A stretch of DNA of 64,000 nt from Marsupella aquatica (lineage: Eukaryota; Plantae; Marchantiophyta): the NCBI GenBank assembly GCA_973895155.1, contig OZ316899.1, positions 10,290,287 to 10,354,286 on the forward strand, written 5' to 3'. The notes beneath the pieces were generated by a model. The model did no database searches. It was given only the letters and a program-made list of their open reading frames with translations, and had not been told where the DNA came from. The position numbers and the translations under genes were made by a program. Shown here one piece after another: positions 58,954 through 64,000 of this stretch. Position 1 is the stretch's first letter; every line of letters begins with the position of its first letter.

Positions 58954-61900
58954 GGTGGTGTTCAAAAGGCAGTAAGATTGTTTTGTCACGCCGAAAGCTT
59001 CATCCGTACACAAATTTTGGCTTGGACGGGCATAATCTTCATTAGTTTTGAGGGTTCGGGCAAGGAGGGATGTGTGAACTGAACCTTACTCCCGTAATCT
59101 AGCGCTAATCCTACTTACATAAATATCATGGGTATAGCTTGTGTTCCGCCGCCGAAACATACCTTAAGCCAATAACTGGATTGACCCAGGCTTAAGCCTT
59201 CGCGCTATCCACCTCTGATCCGGATCCAATGATACAGGTGTCCAACCTAGGCTCGCAACCACTATCCGCAGTCGACAACCCGTGCCCAGCTCGGATAGTG
59301 CGTTCTGCCAAGCATTCTTCTACCCGTATACAAGATTCATACATGCAACTGTATTCACAATCATTCAATCTCGGTTTACACGAAGGAAATAGTGGGAAAA
59401 CACTTTAATTCATAATCCGTCATACACATATACACGGTTGACTTGACATCTCTTGAATGAACACGACCAACGGCAGAAAGGCGTACACTACAACGGAGCC
59501 CGGCTCCACACTCACCCAGCGAGCTTAGTCGTACCCTCCCTCCTTGACGCTCTTTTACTCACAAAGGCTGGGACTACTTGCACATCCTACGAATACCCAG
59601 TTCTAAAACTAAAATCCCCCTGCCTCTACCGGGGGGTGGACTAAATACTAAGGGACGGGATCCAGAGCGGCCACGTGCCCGAATCTATGGTATCCGAGAT
59701 TCTAAACTCTGCTAACTGCCAGGCCGTAAAACTGCGTGTCTTATTCTAAGATTCTAAACTACGAAGGTTAGTCGGATAGGACAGCGTTGCCAACTAGTTT
59801 TGGCGCTTGTGCTTATCTTCTGACTTCCCTAATTCTAACTCTATCCTAAACCTACCCCGCCGCTAATGTCTGGCGCGCTTGCCAGACCTGCCCAACTTGG
59901 ATTTGAGCGGCCATCCCACTGCCTCCTAAGCCGGTTGGCGTCCTGCTTGAGCAGCTGGACTTGGTCTAGCAGAGATTTGTTCTCTTGCTTCGTCGTGTCT
60001 GTCTCCTCCACGGCTTCCTGGCATGCCTCTTCCAATTGTTGGGCGTTGCTCGTCAGCTTGTCCACCAATTGGGCCTATTTTGTGGCATCTTCTTGAAGTC
60101 GTGCTACCTCTGCCTTCAGGGCGTCCAGCTTGGCTGCGTCTTGCTGGGCCCGGGCGTTTGCTTCCTCCGCATCTTTTTGCCAGATGACGGCTTGTCCCTT
60201 CAAACCATCAATCTGGGTCCAGAGCCGTGCAATCTCGACATCCCTCCCAATTCCGGCCTATTCTGCCAAGGCTTCTCGGGCCCCAGCTTTGGCCGCTTGC
60301 TCCAATGCGGCCGCTAACTGAGGTCGTAGCAGTTGAAGCTCGGTTTCTCGGGCTGAGGCTTTGTTTTTCAGGTGGGTAGCCTCAACCCAATACCGCTCTA
60401 TCTTCCGCGTAAGCTCAGTCTATGCATGCCCTACTCGTACTACTGCAACCAATTCTTGGTTGACAAAGTAGGCCACCTTTCGTGCCATCAACTCCCCTGT
60501 ATCCCGCGCAATTTGTTGGGAGAAGTCACCCAACAACCCATTCAAAAATGTGCCCGGTGCAAAGAGTTCCAAGTACTCCAGGCTATGCCCACTCGGGTTC
60601 GGGCAAGGACAGACCCCAACTTGCGCGGGGGTTGGAGTGGTGACGTCCAGTCCCTAGACTATGAAGACAGAGGGGGTTGGGTTCTTCGCAAGGGATGGGG
60701 AGTTCTTGTGGACAACCGTGGAGGGTATCGGGGTGTCCTTCGTAATCATAGTCTCAGGCCCGGGGCCGGCTTCCTCCAGCCCGACTTCGATGGTTGCGCT
60801 GGCTTGGTTGATCGAATCCAGGGAATATAACCACATTGTCCGATATAGAAGGAGGGGCCCCATGGCCGCCGGACTTTTGGCCTTGGGTTGGGGTCGCCTT
60901 TCTTGGGCCGGGAATACCCACCGTGATGGGGTTAGCTTGGGCTTGTTGAGCCATGGGAGGTTTTGGTGGTCAAAACAGGCGTACCACTCGATGATTATTT
61001 TGATGTGGTTTGCAAGGTACACCTTTCCACCAAGGTATAAGGTCTTTCTTCGTCGTTCCATCTCCTCGTGGAACTTCTTGACGAAGAAAGAAGCCCACTT
61101 CCTAGGCCGGTAGTTCTCGACCTAGATTACTTGGGCGGAGGATATTTTGCCCCTTGGCTCCATCATGTGAAGGGCGTACCTCTGGAACTCCAACCGCTCC
61201 GCTATCTCCGGGATGAGGCATGTCCTCATCAAGAATCCGTTGTCCAATGCTCCTTCGGCCGGGAAGCTAGAGGACTGATACTTGGCTCCCTTGCCCCCAG
61301 GAGCCCGTGATTCTACCCGGTTTACTCCCTTGGGTAGGCCAAAGATCATCTTGAGCCGTGCCTCACTTAGGGACATCACTCTCCCATGTGCACGGGTTTG
61401 TTGGCGGGCCTCGTCAAAGTTCTGGACAAACTCCGTCATATCCTGCCCATAATACCTGCAAGTATTCCAAGGGAGAGCGGCGAAATGCTCAAACCCTTGG
61501 GTCTTCAGATAGCATGCCTGGTTGGGGTGGAGAATGTTCTTGTGGACATTCTCCCCCATGTGATGCATGTTCAGCTTGGCCACCGCAACTGTGGCCAAGG
61601 GCAGCCCATATATAGCCGCGGGTTCCTTCCTCTTCCTACCCCAAGACTGGTTTTTGGGGTGACTTGTAGAGGGGGACATCTCCCAGTCCTCTCTATCAGG
61701 TGGCAGTGCTACCGCCGTAAGTACTGGCGTTGGGGCCGCCACTGTCATCGCATTGTCCATCGAGGCTGCCGCCTGGGTTTGTTGATGTGTCGAAGCGGTA
61801 CCCAGCCCGGCCCCATAAGAACCTGGTGAATTGTGGATAAGGGGAGGGGCCTCCTTGTCCTCTGAGCTGAGGTTGACCGCATTTACCATGGACTGCACTC

Positions 61901-62912
61901 GAGCAGATGGTGCAATGGGCGGTGGGGAACGGCGAGATGGATGGCGAGGCGGAGTTTGTGCCGGTGCTGGCGAGCTGGTTGGAGCTGGAGGGGGTGCCAT
62001 AGGACTCCAAAATTTAGAAGGGAAGCCAAGGGATGTCAGTATTGAGGGCTCGCCGGACTCGGACTTTGATTAAACCAAAAGTTGGGGTAGGATTGAACTC
62101 GGGCAGTTATATCGTCAAAGTGATGACGTTGGAGATCCACCGTGCCCGGGATCCTGAAGACTTTGTCCGGGAGTCAGACGAGCGCTTCTCCAAAGCCAAG
62201 GTAATTTGGGCCGTCAAAGAAGAATTTGGTGATCTCCTCATTCTGTAAGTACTTGCTCTCAAACGGGAGGCTGAAGTTGTTGTTGTAGTGTGAGTGCGCA
62301 TTGCTATAGATAAGTTGTTCGTACTCTCTCTCGGCTTTGTATCTGCGTGGATTGTGTCCGGCGAGTGATTTCGCAAGATGGCTCCCAATGTGTAGAAATT
62401 GAAACCAAAAACAAATGGCGGAAGTGGACATAATCAAGACCGACATAAGGCGTGGTGTGTATGATCGCTCCAAGGAAAACTAGAGAGTTTGGGATCAAAG
62501 CTGGCACGCGGAGTGAACTAGTGGCCCAAGACGGGGAAGAGCTTGCCTTTTATACTCTTGTAGTGCATCAACCGATTGGTTCCTCCTGCCTGTGATAGAC
62601 CAAGCCCTTTGCGCCCGGGGGGTACTAACCACTCCGCAGGTCCAGGTCAGAGCGTGCCAATGGGCCGTCTCTAGATCTGTTATACAAATCCGAGGCGGAC
62701 CGCCATAACGCGCCCTTAATCCAGCGGTACGTCAGGTGAAGCACCGCCAGCTCAAACACGAATCCCCATTATTACTAAATCCTGTCTTAAACATCATGAC
62801 TAGCTAATTTGTGTCTTTATACTAATAACGACAGGCTACAAAGTCTACTTCCAATGTACGTAACACGGGTTGAGCCATATTACTCATTACCAGCCGTGCG
62901 GGCGGCATCACA
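58954..62912 (-). repeat. 3' LTR of element C (~3.96 kb)
   Basis: Starts TGTGATGCC after the PPT and integrase. The left end is approximate (GGTGGTG instead of TGTGGTG). Confidence 0.75.
59841..62473 (-). pseudogene. LTR-encoded accessory protein (family C, degraded)
   Basis: N-domain at 62174-62473; GFEHFAALPW…EFVQNFD…IFGLPKG…NGFLMRTC…PRGKISSAQV matches families A and B; coiled coil at 59841-60400. Confidence 0.8.
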
Positions 62913-64000
62913 TAGCTCCCTACTTAACTGTGAAATGTCCTCGCAAACATTGCTATTGGTGGTAACATCTTGATGATGGTACTTTTTCACATGATCATAA
63001 CTAACTTGTGTGGGAAATAAGTCTCCAGCGTACGTTGCAAGCTCAATGGATCTGTTTGGGTAAATCTGATTGACAAGGAAAGGTCCCAACTAGCGAGTAT
63101 GTAGCTTCCCAAGAAATTGCATGTACCTGATATTGTACAGAAAGACAGGTTGCCTGTTGCGACGTCGATCTTCCGTAGTCGCTTGTCATGCTGCTTCTTG
63201 GAAACTGCCTGTTGCTTTGCTGCGTGTCGGGCAGCTAGTACCCGGGGCTTCTTCTAATGCTTCAATCTGGTAAGCTCTGTCCGAAGAACTATCGGCCTTG
63301 GATAAGCGATCCCAAATACTCACCCGTGGCGTGTGAATTTCAAACTCGACCGGAACCAACAAGTGTTGTCCGAACACGAGAAAGTACGGATTGTGACTGG
63401 TAGTAGTCTTGTAAACCAAGTTGTACGAGTACACAACAGCGTATAACTTGTCATCCCAATGTGTTTTGTGTGCGGCTACTGTTTTGTTGAGGATTTTCCC
63501 AATGATCCCATTTGCCCTCTCTGTTAGTCCGTTGGCTTTTGGATGGTAAGGGGTGGTCTTGCGGTGCTTGACTAGGTACCATTCCGTGAGGCGCTCTACG
63601 GTTTCATATGAAATGCGTTCCCTGATTGCTGACTAACTCCAAGGGTGGCCCGAAGCGGGTGAAGATTTGTTCATACAAGAACTTGGCGCTGGTAGTGGCA
63701 TCATCCTTTACCGTAGCACAAGCTTCCACCCACTTGGTGGAATAGTCTATGGCTAGCAGGATGTACTTGCACTTGCATCTTCGCGTAACTGGAGTGAAGG
63801 GCCCAATGTAATCAATGCCCCATTTCTTGAATGGTGCTAGTGGAAGTACGGAAGTGAGTGGGTGGTTGTGGGCTTTCCTTGGGGCGCCAGCCCGTTGGCA
63901 TAAATCGCACCCTTTGATAAAGCGTTGTACATCCCGATGTAACGTAGGCCACCAATACCCCAAATCCAAGATCTTACAAGCAGTAGTGATGGCCGCAAAA
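62913..64000 (-). pseudogene. pol: Integrase and PPT of element C (continues beyond the window)
   Basis: GYWWPTLH…CDLCQR…WGIDYIGP…SNQGTHF; GAGGAC…TTAAGTAGGGAGCTA|TG. Confidence 0.92.

Overview
This window is eukaryotic heterochromatin-like DNA made almost entirely of nested transposons, with no intact host gene. It is inferred to be from a land plant, possibly a non-seed plant such as a fern. It contains several non-chromovirus (Athila/OTA-like) Ty3/gypsy LTR retrotransposons, labelled A-F here. Element B (+, 1762-28452) hosts element A (-, 4840-16221, TSD AGCCA), a 312-bp MITE and a 1.9-kb non-autonomous CACTA. A 22.8-kb CACTA/En-Spm element (28513-51303, TSD CAC) holds a solo A-family LTR in a TnpD intron and a second copy of the 1.9-kb CACTA. 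A scrambled LTR nest fills 51.5-64 kb. Two observations stand out. (1) The A, B and C LTRs are 4-4.7 kb long and carry a homologous ~0.9-1.1k-aa ORF inside the LTR; the truncated D LTR carries its N-terminal domain. The ORF has a novel N-terminal domain, a PMD/plant-transposon-like domain and a coiled coil, and a TSD-flanked solo LTR containing the whole ORF supports its placement. (2) The large CACTA carries four co-oriented cargo ORFs upstream of its transposase: a Cys/His finger, an EDM2-type composite PHD chromatin reader, tandem BRCT and an F-box-like protein, a candidate chromatin or anti-silencing module. Most ORFs carry stops or frameshifts. Domain calls come from motif recognition by eye, not database searches.
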